Shown piece after piece: positions 27,748 through 37,232 of a DNA stretch of 64,000 bases. How positions within the stretch are numbered: position 1 is the stretch's first letter; each line of letters opens with the position of its first letter. The notes beneath the pieces are model-generated. The model saw only the letters and a program-made list of their open reading frames with translations. It was not told the origin of the DNA and did not search any database. Both the position numbers and the translations under genes were made by a program. The stretch covers positions 5,673 to 69,672 of the IMG/VR virus record IMGVR_UViG_3300042295_001370. One strand, given 5' to 3'. The DNA is from a virus (Duplodnaviria; Heunggongvirae; Uroviricota; Caudoviricetes).

Positions 27748-30525
27748 ATGGCAACATTAAAACAAACAGTAAATTTACCTGGAGCTTATGAGCTAGAGCC
27801 TGGGGGGCTACGTGCCACCTGGGACAAAATTTATCTTGGCCTAATACGAGACGTAAATGATGCTCGCAACATGGGACGTATCCGAGTTTGGATCCCTGAA
27901 CTTGGTGGAGCAATCAATAATGAAGCAACGTGGATCATTTGTGATTACGCCAGTCCATTTGCTGGGGCATCAAACGTAGCTGATGTAAACCTAAATCCCA
28001 CAAGCTCACAAACAGACTATGGTATGACATTCATACCACCTGACCTCAATAACCAAGTGCTGGTTTGTTTCATAAATGGCGATCCTAGCCGAGGGGTTTG
28101 GTTTGGATGTTTGTTCCAAGTTGACCGCAATCATATGACTCCCAGCACTCCTGCCAGCACTCCTGCCAGCAATCCACAAGAGCAGAACCCAAATATATTC
28201 ACTGGTGAATCACCAACGTTTTTATCAGGTTACGATGCAGCTCGAGAATCTGGAGGAGTTAACCTCCCTATTGAACAAGGTGGACCAGCACCGAGAGGTA
28301 TGCAACAGGGTATTCGCACTATGGGTATCCGAACCCCATATGGGCACACCTTCGTTATGGACGACACCCCAGAAGACGCTTTCATCCGCCTGCAAACTCG
28401 TGGCCTAGCTCAAATTGTTATTCATGATACAAAAGATAGAATCATAATCAACACTGGTCCAAACAGAGCCAGGATAGAGATGGACAAAGAAGGCAACATT
28501 GACATTTTTGGACAAAAGAGTGTAAGTGTCAGTGCCGGACAAGACATCAATTTACATGCTGACAGAGATGTGAATATTGAAGCTGGTGGCAGCATCAAAA
28601 TGAGAAGCCTAGATGAAACACGCATGTTCAGCAAAAAGCCCTTCAACATCAGCAGTGGTGGAGATGTTTTGTTGTTCAGTCAAGGAAATATGCATCTTGT
28701 CAGTAATTCAAATATCTACAACACTGCTGTAGGCAGCCTACAATACAGAAGCAATTATGGCATATTTCTCACCACTCAAGAAAGCAACATTGACATCAAA
28801 AACTTGACTGGTAATATTCGCTTGTTTGCAGGAGGCAATGTTGATGCCAGCAGCACAGGTGACGTAAGGTTAAGAAGCACAAATGGTAACTTAAATTTAG
28901 TTGCCAGTGCTGATGTAAAAGTTCAAAGCACAGGTACCTTGAATTTAGTAGGTGGTGCTGATGTCAAAGTTCAAGGCAATGGATCTGTAAACTTGCGTTC
29001 TGGTGCAGGAAGTGTGAACACTGGTCCAAAAACAGTCTTGAATGTTGCTAATTTACCAGATGCAGCCAAGCCCACCAATCCAGATAATCCCATAACTGCT
29101 GTACCAGGAGTAGTTGCATTATCGCCTGACATTCGAACGGAAGAAAGAGTGCAGTTGCAGAATGTAGTGAGTCCTGCAAGAAGCATTCAGATTGTTCAAA
29201 CCATTGTCAGCAGACTGCCAGGAGCTGATCCTTGGAGACAAAGAAGTGTTTCAGGCCCAGGTTATTCCAACACAGGCCTAGTGCAGAGGAAAATCACTCC
29301 ACCTGAAAGCACTTACAAAGTGGGGCAAGTGAGTCCAGCACAAGACAAACCACTCCAAGTATATGGAATAGTGAATGGTCAAACTGGCTTGCACATTGGG
29401 CAAAGTTGGGACGAAGGTGGGACTCCACAATATGAATTCAAACCGTTGGGTCCCAGAGTATTGCTCCCCTCCACAGAGTGGACAGTTAACAACCGTGGTA
29501 TTCAAATCATAATTGATCATGAAGGTTTGGGTGGCAATTTGATTGGCAAGCCCTTTGACGATGCATGCAAAAGCGGGCAAAAGCTGTTGGGTTATGGTCA
29601 TTTGTTATCAAGTGAAGAACTTCAAAACAACACAGTTACCTTGAATGCAACAGACGATTCTGGCACTCAGATCAGCACGCAATTGAATGTTGGAGAGGGT
29701 ATAAGCGAAACCAATATGAAGGTGTTGTTGAAAACAGACATCAAAAAAATTGAAGGCAAGATTCACAGCAGCATTGGTAGCAACCTATTAACACAAGATC
29801 AGTTCAATAGTTTAGCAGACTTCATCTACAACATTGGCTCTGACAACTTTGACAAGAGCGGCATCACTGGCATGATCAGCAGCGGAGACTACAACAAAGT
29901 TCCAAATGAAATGAGTCGATGGATTTTGGCTTGTAACAACGAAGAAAAGTTTGAACTCAAAACTCGCCGTCTCAACAACGCATTTTTGTTCAGTGGCCAA
30001 GCTAGACCTGATGCAGACTTCAGTGCAGCAGCAAGTGGGGCTGGCAAAGGATTTGATTCCAATCAAGCCAAAAAAGCTTGGTGTTACTTGAAGGGCAAAG
30101 GTTATCAACCCGAACACATTGCTGGCTTGCTGGGCAATTTCACTATTGAAAGTGCCTTGAATCCCCGAGTGGACAGCAACCCCACCTTCAAAGGCTTGGC
30201 TCAATGGAATTCCGATCGTTTCAAAAATATGCCACGGGCTATTGGTGTAAGTTGGCCACAATTGAGTCAACTATCAAACGACACTGCCTTGTATAAAAGC
30301 CTAGACTTTGTGGATTGGGAATTCAAGAACACACATCGCAGTGCCTACTCCAAGATGTTGGCAACCAACAGTCCTGAGTCAGCAGCTAGAGCAGTAAATG
30401 AATACTACGAGATCAGTTCATCAGGGCTGTTGGGACGGCAGGGAACAATTACCCCAGAAGCTCAAAACAGATTCAATACAGCAAAGACCATTTTTGATCA
30501 ACTGAATGGAACTCAGTGCGGCTAA
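27748..30525 (+). CDS. gp5: gp5/VgrG-like tail spike with two lysozyme-type domains
   Basis: OB-fold (D..NMGRIRVWIPEL), beta-helix repeats, GH24-like HEG..GYGH, C-terminal tail-lysozyme AG.LGNF..ES.LNP..GLAQWN. Confidence 0.8.
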   Translation: MATLKQTVNLPGAYELEPGGLRATWDKIYLGLIRDVNDARNMGRIRVWIPELGGAINNEATWIICDYASPFAGASNVADVNLNPTSSQTDYGMTFIPPDLNNQVLVCFINGDPSRGVWFGCLFQVDRNHMTPSTPASTPASNPQEQNPNIFTGESPTFLSGYDAARESGGVNLPIEQGGPAPRGMQQGIRTMGIRTPYGHTFVMDDTPEDAFIRLQTRGLAQIVIHDTKDRIIINTGPNRARIEMDKEGNIDIFGQKSVSVSAGQDINLHADRDVNIEAGGSIKMRSLDETRMFSKKPFNISSGGDVLLFSQGNMHLVSNSNIYNTAVGSLQYRSNYGIFLTTQESNIDIKNLTGNIRLFAGGNVDASSTGDVRLRSTNGNLNLVASADVKVQSTGTLNLVGGADVKVQGNGSVNLRSGAGSVNTGPKTVLNVANLPDAAKPTNPDNPITAVPGVVALSPDIRTEERVQLQNVVSPARSIQIVQTIVSRLPGADPWRQRSVSGPGYSNTGLVQRKITPPESTYKVGQVSPAQDKPLQVYGIVNGQTGLHIGQSWDEGGTPQYEFKPLGPRVLLPSTEWTVNNRGIQIIIDHEGLGGNLIGKPFDDACKSGQKLLGYGHLLSSEELQNNTVTLNATDDSGTQISTQLNVGEGISETNMKVLLKTDIKKIEGKIHSSIGSNLLTQDQFNSLADFIYNIGSDNFDKSGITGMISSGDYNKVPNEMSRWILACNNEEKFELKTRRLNNAFLFSGQARPDADFSAAASGAGKGFDSNQAKKAWCYLKGKGYQPEHIAGLLGNFTIESALNPRVDSNPTFKGLAQWNSDRFKNMPRAIGVSWPQLSQLSNDTALYKSLDFVDWEFKNTHRSAYSKMLATNSPESAARAVNEYYEISSSGLLGRQGTITPEAQNRFNTAKTIFDQLNGTQCG

Positions 30526-31745
30526 GTTTGTTGCACTGAGATTCCAGGAGGAATAAGGCCAGCCACTGCACTTCCCAGTCCCAAAATGGGACTTAACACC
30601 AGCCCAATAAATGTGCAGAAGGTGAAGGGAATGTACTTGAAGATTTCTTTGAGTATGGGAACAAACTTCAAGATAGCTTTGAAGAACCCCACGACAAGCT
30701 TCATCCACAGTTCCAATATCAGAGTAGGAATTTGTTCAAACAAGTCTTTCACAGCCTGCATTATGCTGTTGAAGCGGGTTTCCTTGCTCTCAAGATTGAG
30801 ATCTTTGGGTGGGTCAGATATTTTGAGAAGCTGTTTGACTTTTGTGGGAAAAGGCCAAGCTATGAATTTCAACAAGGGACTAAATGCCTTGTCCAAAAAG
30901 TTTTTTATATCAAACTCAAGAAAGTAATCAATCATGCGCTGCATTTTTTCATTAGCACTGATGGCCAAGTCTTTGATGGGTTGCCACACACTATTGAAAA
31001 GCTCTTCAAAATTTAGGGCCACCAAATTGGGAAGGTCTGGTAAGCGCAGGGCTTGCCAAATTTTTTTGATCGGTTCAGTCAAAGCTCTTAGTGCTCGGAA
31101 ACCTCTGTTGATTAGGCTCAATAAACCTTTGTGGAACTCACTCCATACTCTACTGATTAGGCTTTGTTGGCGCATTTCATCGTTCTTCAAACCCAATGTT
31201 CCATCAAATGTGATATTCCAAGGTAGGCCCAAGGCTTTTGCTATTTGATCTTGGCGAGCGCCAATTGCAGCTCTTATTTTAGCTCTACCCTCTGCACTAA
31301 GAAGATCACGCACTGTACAGTTGGGCAGGAACGGCAACGGTATATTCAAAAAGCTCAAGTTGGGAATAATCCTGCCCAAAATGTCCAATAACTTGAGTTC
31401 CAAATAGAGTTTGAACTCATTAAACAGTGCTCGCAGTCGTACACCCATTTCTTGTTCTGGGACTTTGAGGTTAGGGCCGTACACAGGATTGTCCACGCTG
31501 CCTAGTGTGGTCCCAAAGGTTTTGTCAAATAATTTCAGTAAACTGTCTATTGCATCCGAAATTTGTTTGGCTGTGGCAGTAACAGTGCATTGAGCTATCT
31601 GACCCAATTGCCCTGGTATGCTGCCTAGCCCTCGGCCAAACTCATCAAGATTGTTGAAATTGGGTAATACACCATCAGTGCATTCAAACTTTGGAAATGT
31701 AACTGTGAGGCTCACGCCCTGGCAAGGATCTATTGGTTGATTCAT
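30522..31745 (-). CDS. Hypothetical late protein, probably virion-associated
   Basis: 407-aa ORF with TAAATA 6 nt upstream of the ATG. Confidence 0.6.
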   Translation of the reverse strand: MNQPIDPCQGVSLTVTFPKFECTDGVLPNFNNLDEFGRGLGSIPGQLGQIAQCTVTATAKQISDAIDSLLKLFDKTFGTTLGSVDNPVYGPNLKVPEQEMGVRLRALFNEFKLYLELKLLDILGRIIPNLSFLNIPLPFLPNCTVRDLLSAEGRAKIRAAIGARQDQIAKALGLPWNITFDGTLGLKNDEMRQQSLISRVWSEFHKGLLSLINRGFRALRALTEPIKKIWQALRLPDLPNLVALNFEELFNSVWQPIKDLAISANEKMQRMIDYFLEFDIKNFLDKAFSPLLKFIAWPFPTKVKQLLKISDPPKDLNLESKETRFNSIMQAVKDLFEQIPTLILELWMKLVVGFFKAILKFVPILKEIFKYIPFTFCTFIGLVLSPILGLGSAVAGLIPPGISVQQT

Positions 31746-31832
31746 AACACTTATTTAAATTGACAATCACTCTTGGAAAAAATTAAAAGGAGGTATGAAT
31801 TTCAATACATGGCTAGTTACAATCTGCCGCGG

Positions 31833-31865
31833 AAAGCTAGGTGCCTTTAGGGCGTAGTAGTTCAC
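31833..31865 (+). mobile_element. Possible IS200/IS605-family right-end remnant
   Basis: AAAGCTAGGTGCCTTTAGGGCGTAGTAGTTCAC: imperfect subterminal hairpin around CTTTAG, ending TAGTTCAC; no transposase nearby. Confidence 0.4.
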
Positions 31866-31915
31866 ATGTCACTGGTTGGTATGCCACCGGCCTGTATGTA
31901 GAGGCATAACATATC

Positions 31916-32581
31916 TTAAAAATCACAAATTTTCCTGATTGAGTTCAAGTAAAAATACTTGCATAACCAAGACTGAACATAGCTGTGTTCCTTGCATGAC
32001 AAGAACTCACCTGGCGTCCTGGGTCCCCAATCTCGTTGTTTAAAACTGTCGGGCAATCTTTTATACATCTCAGTTGTGTTGACTGCATCCGGCCAACTGA
32101 TCCATTTTTCTTGAAAATAGCTTATGCCAAGATATTGTCCTGAAGGGGCCCAAGTGCTGGGGGCCCAGAAATACTCAGCCTCTTGTGTAATATAGCAGGC
32201 TAGATTGTTGCCAATCAATCGCAATATGAAATCATCGTCTTCAAAGCCTCCAGGAAACTTCTCGTCCAAGCCACCTATTTGCCTAAACAATTCCTTTTTG
32301 ATACCAAAAAAACGGAAATCATACAACGCCACAAAGGCAAACCCTTCATCCAGCTTTTGTAAAATCAATTGAATATTTTCGTCAGAGGGGGCAACGCGAT
32401 TACAAAGTATGATAGTTGTTTCTGTAGGACTCTGGTGAACACAATCGTTCACCAGCAGGGAAAAACTGGGATAATTGCTGCCATTGAACCAATTCACTGT
32501 ATTGTTTTGTAATTTGCTGTTGGCAAATTGTAAATCGTCAAAATTTTGTGAAATAAGCCAAATGGAATAATCAAGTGTCAT
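31916..32581 (-). CDS. Glycosyltransferase family 2-like protein
   Basis: FFGIKKELFRQIGGLDEKFPGGFEDDDFILRL. Confidence 0.65.
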   Translation of the reverse strand: MTLDYSIWLISQNFDDLQFANSKLQNNTVNWFNGSNYPSFSLLVNDCVHQSPTETTIILCNRVAPSDENIQLILQKLDEGFAFVALYDFRFFGIKKELFRQIGGLDEKFPGGFEDDDFILRLIGNNLACYITQEAEYFWAPSTWAPSGQYLGISYFQEKWISWPDAVNTTEMYKRLPDSFKQRDWGPRTPGEFLSCKEHSYVQSWLCKYFYLNSIRKICDF

Positions 32582-32620
32582 ACTTAAAGCGTATCAGAAA
32601 CCCCAAAGGTTGTCAATATG

Positions 32621-32863
32621 CTACCTTCCCCACAAGAGGGCAAACAAGCTGGCATCCTCTTGGCTCCGAAAGCTCACCCAAATTTTTTCATAATGTTGGT
32701 GAGATGACAGAGAACGATAGCTCCATCGGCTACTTGCTTTGAAAAAGTCCGGTTGGCCCAAGGTATCTATCAACCACAGCAGCATGTTTTCGTGCTCAGC
32801 AAGAGACATGCCTTCCAGCACTACCATATGTGGCCATTGAGGCAAGACTGTGGTCTCATACAT
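32621..32863 (-). CDS. Small hypothetical protein (F..eDA..F.L.W family)
   Basis: C-terminus SFRSQEDASLFALLW. Confidence 0.6.
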   Translation of the reverse strand: MYETTVLPQWPHMVVLEGMSLAEHENMLLWLIDTLGQPDFFKASSRWSYRSLSSHQHYEKIWVSFRSQEDASLFALLWGR

Positions 32864-32866
32864 GCG

Positions 32867-33115
32867 CTAGGTCCACGTCAACCTGAACAGCAGAGCATCT
32901 TCTTCACGCTCAAACACCAGTTGATATCGTTTGGGGTTGACCCCACTGTGCCACTGGAGCCAGTAGCTGCCTCCAGGTGTCTTCTTCAGCCAACTCCATC
33001 GCAGCTCGCCCAACACGTCCAAAAGATGGGGCAAAGGCACTGGGTTGTCTGCCTCAATAGGCACCTCGTGCCACTGGCTGTAGTCCGCTTCCAGATCCCG
33101 GTTAACCCGCTGCAC
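32867..33115 (-). CDS. Small hypothetical protein (F..eDA..F.L.W family)
   Basis: C-terminus VFEREEDALLFRLTW. Confidence 0.6.
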   Translation of the reverse strand: MQRVNRDLEADYSQWHEVPIEADNPVPLPHLLDVLGELRWSWLKKTPGGSYWLQWHSGVNPKRYQLVFEREEDALLFRLTWT

Positions 33116-34709
33116 GCAAGTCCACTGTGTTCACCACAGCCCCACCATCCAATCCCGCATCCAGCACCTGCCCCTTGCTGAACAGCATGTCTGCCATCAT
33201 CTCTTCGATAGTATTTTCAGCCACCAAGTTGAAAATCGTAACCTGGTCGCTAGTTTGACCAATGCGGTGCACACGGTCTGCACACTGCTGAATTTCTCCA
33301 GGGCTCCACGGCGTCTGCACAAACGCCACCGCATTTGCAGCCGTAAGGGTAAGGCCAAAACCACCAGCAGAGATGCTAACCAAAATCACTCGGGTCTTGG
33401 GATCATTCTGAAAAGCCTCAACAGCCTGTGCACGCTCTTCGTTGCTGACCCCACCGTAGATAACTCCAACCTTTCCGCCCCACTCCTGGTCCGCAGCTAG
33501 CGCACCTTGGATATGGTCAATCACCGCCCGGTTGTGGGCAAACACCACCAGCTTCTCGCCGTTTTCAGTATAATCTCGAATCCACTCTACAGTGCTGGCG
33601 AGCTTGCTGAGCGCAGCCACCTCACGCAGCTTCTGCATCGCAACAATGCGCTCATCGCTCTTGGGAGCATTGCTGCCCAAGCGGATCATAGTCTCAAGGC
33701 CAGCTTTCCAATCAATTCCCTTGAAGGCTCGCTCTACGCTGTCATACTCCGCACGGTCAAACTCCAGTGGGATAACCTGATACACCTTGGGCGGCAGCTC
33801 CTTCAGCACGTCCCGCTTCAAGCGACGCAGCATGAGGTGGCTTGTCAGCAGCTGGTGCAGTTCATCCATGTTCGAGCTGCCACCGAAGTTCCAACCATGC
33901 CCGTTATTCACCGGGTTGCAGAAGCGCCATGCGAACTTGTTCCAAGTGCTGAACTGCGGCACATAGCTGGCCAAGCTCCTGACAGTGCTCCACAGCTCTG
34001 CCGGCCTGTTTACCATTGGAGTGCCTGAAATCAGAACCACACGCGGCACAGGCTTGCTGACCTTGTGAGTCTTGCGCACACCGCCCTTGAGCTTTTCCTC
34101 CACCTCACCAGTAGCTAGCCGCATGTAAGCCTGTGTGCGCTTGGCACTGGGATTCTTGATCTTGTGGCTCTCATCCACCGCCATGAACTTGAGATTCAAT
34201 GCCTCGATGTCGTCGAGGTTGCTACTGAGGATGTCGTAGTTCACAAGGTAGATGTCGCAACCGGCTGTGGGCCGCTTGCTGTAGATGACATTGGGATGCC
34301 GAGCAGCTCGCTCAGCAGTGGCACGCTTGCTGTAGGAAGTGCCCACCACATTGATTTGGTACCGAGTGCCAGTCATCGCGATGATTTCATTCCGCCAATT
34401 CAACTTAAGAGTATTGGGCAGCACTACCATCATAGGAAACAGCTGATTCTTGTGGGCGTAGGCCATAACCTCAACGGTCTTTCCCAGTCCCTGTTCTTCA
34501 GCCAACAGTCCAACTCCCAGCTGGCTCTCCAACCACGCAACAGCCTCTGCCTGGTAAGGCTTCAGCTTGAAGTTGAAACCTTCCAGCTGGGTGACCCGAG
34601 GGATGCTGTTCAAGAAAGCTTCAACTCGGGGATCAACCTTGAGGTTGTGCTTGGTGCTGAGTCGCAGCACCTTGCGAGCATTCTCAATCGAGGCTGGAAC
34701 AGTCAACAT
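33102..34709 (-). CDS. SNF2-family (SMARCAL1-like) helicase
   Basis: QGLGKT, DESH, SGTP..NRP.ELW, RRLK.DV, G.GLTLT, QCADRVHRIGQ. Confidence 0.92.
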   Translation of the reverse strand: MLTVPASIENARKVLRLSTKHNLKVDPRVEAFLNSIPRVTQLEGFNFKLKPYQAEAVAWLESQLGVGLLAEEQGLGKTVEVMAYAHKNQLFPMMVVLPNTLKLNWRNEIIAMTGTRYQINVVGTSYSKRATAERAARHPNVIYSKRPTAGCDIYLVNYDILSSNLDDIEALNLKFMAVDESHKIKNPSAKRTQAYMRLATGEVEEKLKGGVRKTHKVSKPVPRVVLISGTPMVNRPAELWSTVRSLASYVPQFSTWNKFAWRFCNPVNNGHGWNFGGSSNMDELHQLLTSHLMLRRLKRDVLKELPPKVYQVIPLEFDRAEYDSVERAFKGIDWKAGLETMIRLGSNAPKSDERIVAMQKLREVAALSKLASTVEWIRDYTENGEKLVVFAHNRAVIDHIQGALAADQEWGGKVGVIYGGVSNEERAQAVEAFQNDPKTRVILVSISAGGFGLTLTAANAVAFVQTPWSPGEIQQCADRVHRIGQTSDQVTIFNLVAENTIEEMMADMLFSKGQVLDAGLDGGAVVNTVDLRAAG

Positions 34710-34769
34710 GTAAGCTCTCCTTCCTACCCCTGCATTGTAGCAGGTTTGAAGGGATGGTCAATCCTAAAT

Positions 34770-34967
34770 CTAGAGATTCACATGATGAGTGATGAGAATC
34801 TGCTGGCGCTGATGAGGGTTGAGATATAGTTGGGCAAAGTAAGTGGCCTTGTGTCCACGCTTGGTCATCATCTCAACCAAGCGCCGGCTTTCGTGCTCAC
34901 TGAGCTTGTCGGCCAAAATTGTGCACACACCGTTGTCGTCTTGACGGATCACTAGGTAGCTGCTCAT
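34770..34967 (-). CDS. Hypothetical protein
   Basis: 65-aa ORF coupled to upstream gene. Confidence 0.55.
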   Translation of the reverse strand: MSSYLVIRQDDNGVCTILADKLSEHESRRLVEMMTKRGHKATYFAQLYLNPHQRQQILITHHVNL

Positions 34968-35335
34968 GCTCGGAGACTCTCCTCTACACTCATCAACTGT
35001 TCAAAATCCACTGCTTCGCTGTAGTAGCCGTTGCTCTCACCCAGCCATCTCAGTGTCACGCTGCCCTTGATGGTAGCTAGTTCGGAAAATGTCCAGGTCT
35101 CGTGCCCCCATTCAGTCTCGCTTCCATTCACACGCTCCTCAGCCACAAGAATAGGCGCACCAACGAGGTCACTTAGCTCGCCAATGATGTCTTGGAGGAC
35201 AACATTCTCACAGCAGTCTTGACAGTGCCACATTCGCCACCTACGCCCGCACTCGCTGTAAAACATGAGCTGGTCTGGCTCGCGTTCAAGCTCAATGTTG
35301 AGCAGAGTGATGCCCTTGAGATCTTCGATACCCAT
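34964..35335 (-). CDS. Conserved phage hypothetical protein
   Basis: MWHCQDCCENV..DIIG.LSDLVG.PIL.AEE..WTF..L.T.KG motif. Confidence 0.75.
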   Translation of the reverse strand: MGIEDLKGITLLNIELEREPDQLMFYSECGRRWRMWHCQDCCENVVLQDIIGELSDLVGAPILVAEERVNGSETEWGHETWTFSELATIKGSVTLRWLGESNGYYSEAVDFEQLMSVEESLRA

Positions 35336-35338
35336 ATT

Positions 35339-35620
35339 CTACCTTTCCATCATCAACGCAAATTGTGTCAAGTCATCCTTGGACCGGAACCAAAACCTCA
35401 CACATGAGAAATTATGGATGCTGATGGCATGCCATGACCATCGGCTGCTGCAACTCTCTGCATCAGGAGTGCCAAAAAGCTGTAGCCCCAGTGTTTGGTT
35501 TCTTTTCAAAGTAATATTGGGCACGTCTAAAACCTCAATCATATAGGGCCACTGATCAGCGTCACGGGTTTTGAGCAGATTGAGAGGGAATTGAATTTGG
35601 TCTAGAGCTGTCAGCGTCAA
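35339..35620 (-). CDS. Small hypothetical protein (F..eDA..F.L.W-like)
   Basis: C-terminus WFRSKDDLTQFALMM. Confidence 0.55.
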   Translation of the reverse strand: MTLTALDQIQFPLNLLKTRDADQWPYMIEVLDVPNITLKRNQTLGLQLFGTPDAESCSSRWSWHAISIHNFSCVRFWFRSKDDLTQFALMMER

Positions 35621-35898
35621 TGCATAGTATCCGGAAAATAATCTTCATCCTCATCCGCCATCAGCAGTTGCAGCTGGTAGAGGTCGCTGAACTCGGGCCA
35701 GATGCTGGTGCAACGCTGACAGATCTTGTCAGCCCAACCATCCCCAACCACTGCCTCACATGTGAGCACAGGCTTCTCACACCGTCCACACCAGCGGCGG
35801 CCATCGTCGAAGGTGGCACCATGTGGGGTAGGCATCTCTCGAAATGCCTCTGCCAGTAGGTCTCTGTCAATCCAATCAGGCGTCAGTGTTGAGCTCAT
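35617..35898 (-). CDS. Hypothetical zinc-finger-like protein
   Basis: CGRC..CQRC; likely start MSSTLT. Confidence 0.5.
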   Translation of the reverse strand: MSSTLTPDWIDRDLLAEAFREMPTPHGATFDDGRRWCGRCEKPVLTCEAVVGDGWADKICQRCTSIWPEFSDLYQLQLLMADEDEDYFPDTMH

Positions 35899-36598
35899 CT
35901 TCGATCTCCTTGAGAATGGCAGCGTCGTCAACCGACACAATCAGTGTGTCGCCTGCCAATGTCACATGCTGGCCGCCTGTCAGCATGAGATGAACTCGAC
36001 TTTCTTCCGTCTTTTCTCGCACACGCTCCAAGTAAGTGGTGAAACGATCTTCCACCTCAAACTCAAACTTATCTGCAACATCCATGATGCTCCAGATGCT
36101 GCTTTCGTTCACAGGGCACAACCAAACCTTGCGGGAGGGCTCCCACTGTGCCCGATACTTTTCGCCCTTGTGCTCGCCTCGGACCATCTTCAGCGCAGCC
36201 ACCAAGTCCGGATTGTAAGGGAAGTGGAACACCGCAGTCTTCTGTTCGCTGATGATACGCCGCGGATTGTGATGCCTGCCTTCGAGGTTGCCAACTGCTG
36301 CGTTGGGATCCAGCGGTGCAAGCTTGAACACTGGCTGTTCCAGGAACGCTTTCACAAAGTCCGTCCCACCAATTTGTCGGCGGTATTTGTTCACGAGCTT
36401 CAATGCAGCCTGCGCTTGCTTCAGCGTGAAGGGCCTACCTTGCTGAGCACGATTGGCCAAGCTGTGGCCAAACTCAGTGTCTGCACCAGAAAACCCTTGT
36501 TGGTCATGCTGCCTTGCACCGTCGCACACGCCTGCAAGAGAGCAGATCATGCCTTCCACCGTGTGCGGTGCAGCAGGTTCTACCTTCCAGTTGCTCAT
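35876..36598 (-). CDS. HARP-like domain protein (helicase-associated)
   Basis: CDGA..D.QGF..D..FG.SLA..TLKQ..KYRRQ then FHFPYNPDLVAALK..WEPSRKVW. Confidence 0.55.
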   Translation of the reverse strand: MSNWKVEPAAPHTVEGMICSLAGVCDGARQHDQQGFSGADTEFGHSLANRAQQGRPFTLKQAQAALKLVNKYRRQIGGTDFVKAFLEQPVFKLAPLDPNAAVGNLEGRHHNPRRIISEQKTAVFHFPYNPDLVAALKMVRGEHKGEKYRAQWEPSRKVWLCPVNESSIWSIMDVADKFEFEVEDRFTTYLERVREKTEESRVHLMLTGGQHVTLAGDTLIVSVDDAAILKEIEDELNTDA

Positions 36599-36829
36599 CT
36601 ACTGTCTCCGTGCTCTACCCCGCCAATATAGCAGCTTTTGATGGCATGTCAACCAGCTATTGGTAACCCATGATCCAAAGGCTGTAGACACAAGCTGCAC
36701 CGTAGAGGTATAGAGCCACTCGCTTCCAGCTCCACTTTCCAATGGAGGTGAAAAGATGATACCAAGTGTATAGCCCTGCCCCAAAAAGAACCATTTCGGG
36801 CAGGAAAAAACTCAACTCGATCAATTGGT

Positions 36830-37177
36830 TCATCGCATGCTCTTTGGATAGGAGCCCGCAAGGTGCTTCTCCAGCTTTTCATGGCTGATTTCTGGTAGCT
36901 CACGCATGACTCTGAGTTCGTTCATCAGTTTCAGCATGCGTTCTGAGGCCACTCTGTCCAGTGCACCAAACCTCATGAGGAAACCACTTGGAACTTTTGC
37001 ACCAGGATTTTTCTCGTGAAAATTCTTCACCCACTGATCTCGAAACCGCAAGCGGGCAAAGATTTCAATATCATCCCTGGTTCGCAGTTCTTCAATTAGC
37101 TCTAAGTAGCTGAGATCCTGGGCGGATCTGACGGACAGAGACGGCTGAGTAAACCAACTTTTCATGAAGCCAAACAT
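36830..37177 (-). CDS. Hypothetical protein
   Basis: 115-aa ORF with AGAGG RBS. Confidence 0.6.
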   Translation of the reverse strand: MFGFMKSWFTQPSLSVRSAQDLSYLELIEELRTRDDIEIFARLRFRDQWVKNFHEKNPGAKVPSGFLMRFGALDRVASERMLKLMNELRVMRELPEISHEKLEKHLAGSYPKSMR

Positions 37178-37232
37178 AGTTGCCTCTTTGCGGATTCAAG
37201 CGCACTATACAGAGAAGTGTTTAGATGTCAAC

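Noticed and set aside
28141-28175. 12-bp tandem repeat CAGCACTCCTGC in gp5
   Set aside because: Encodes an ordinary PSTPASTPAS linker.
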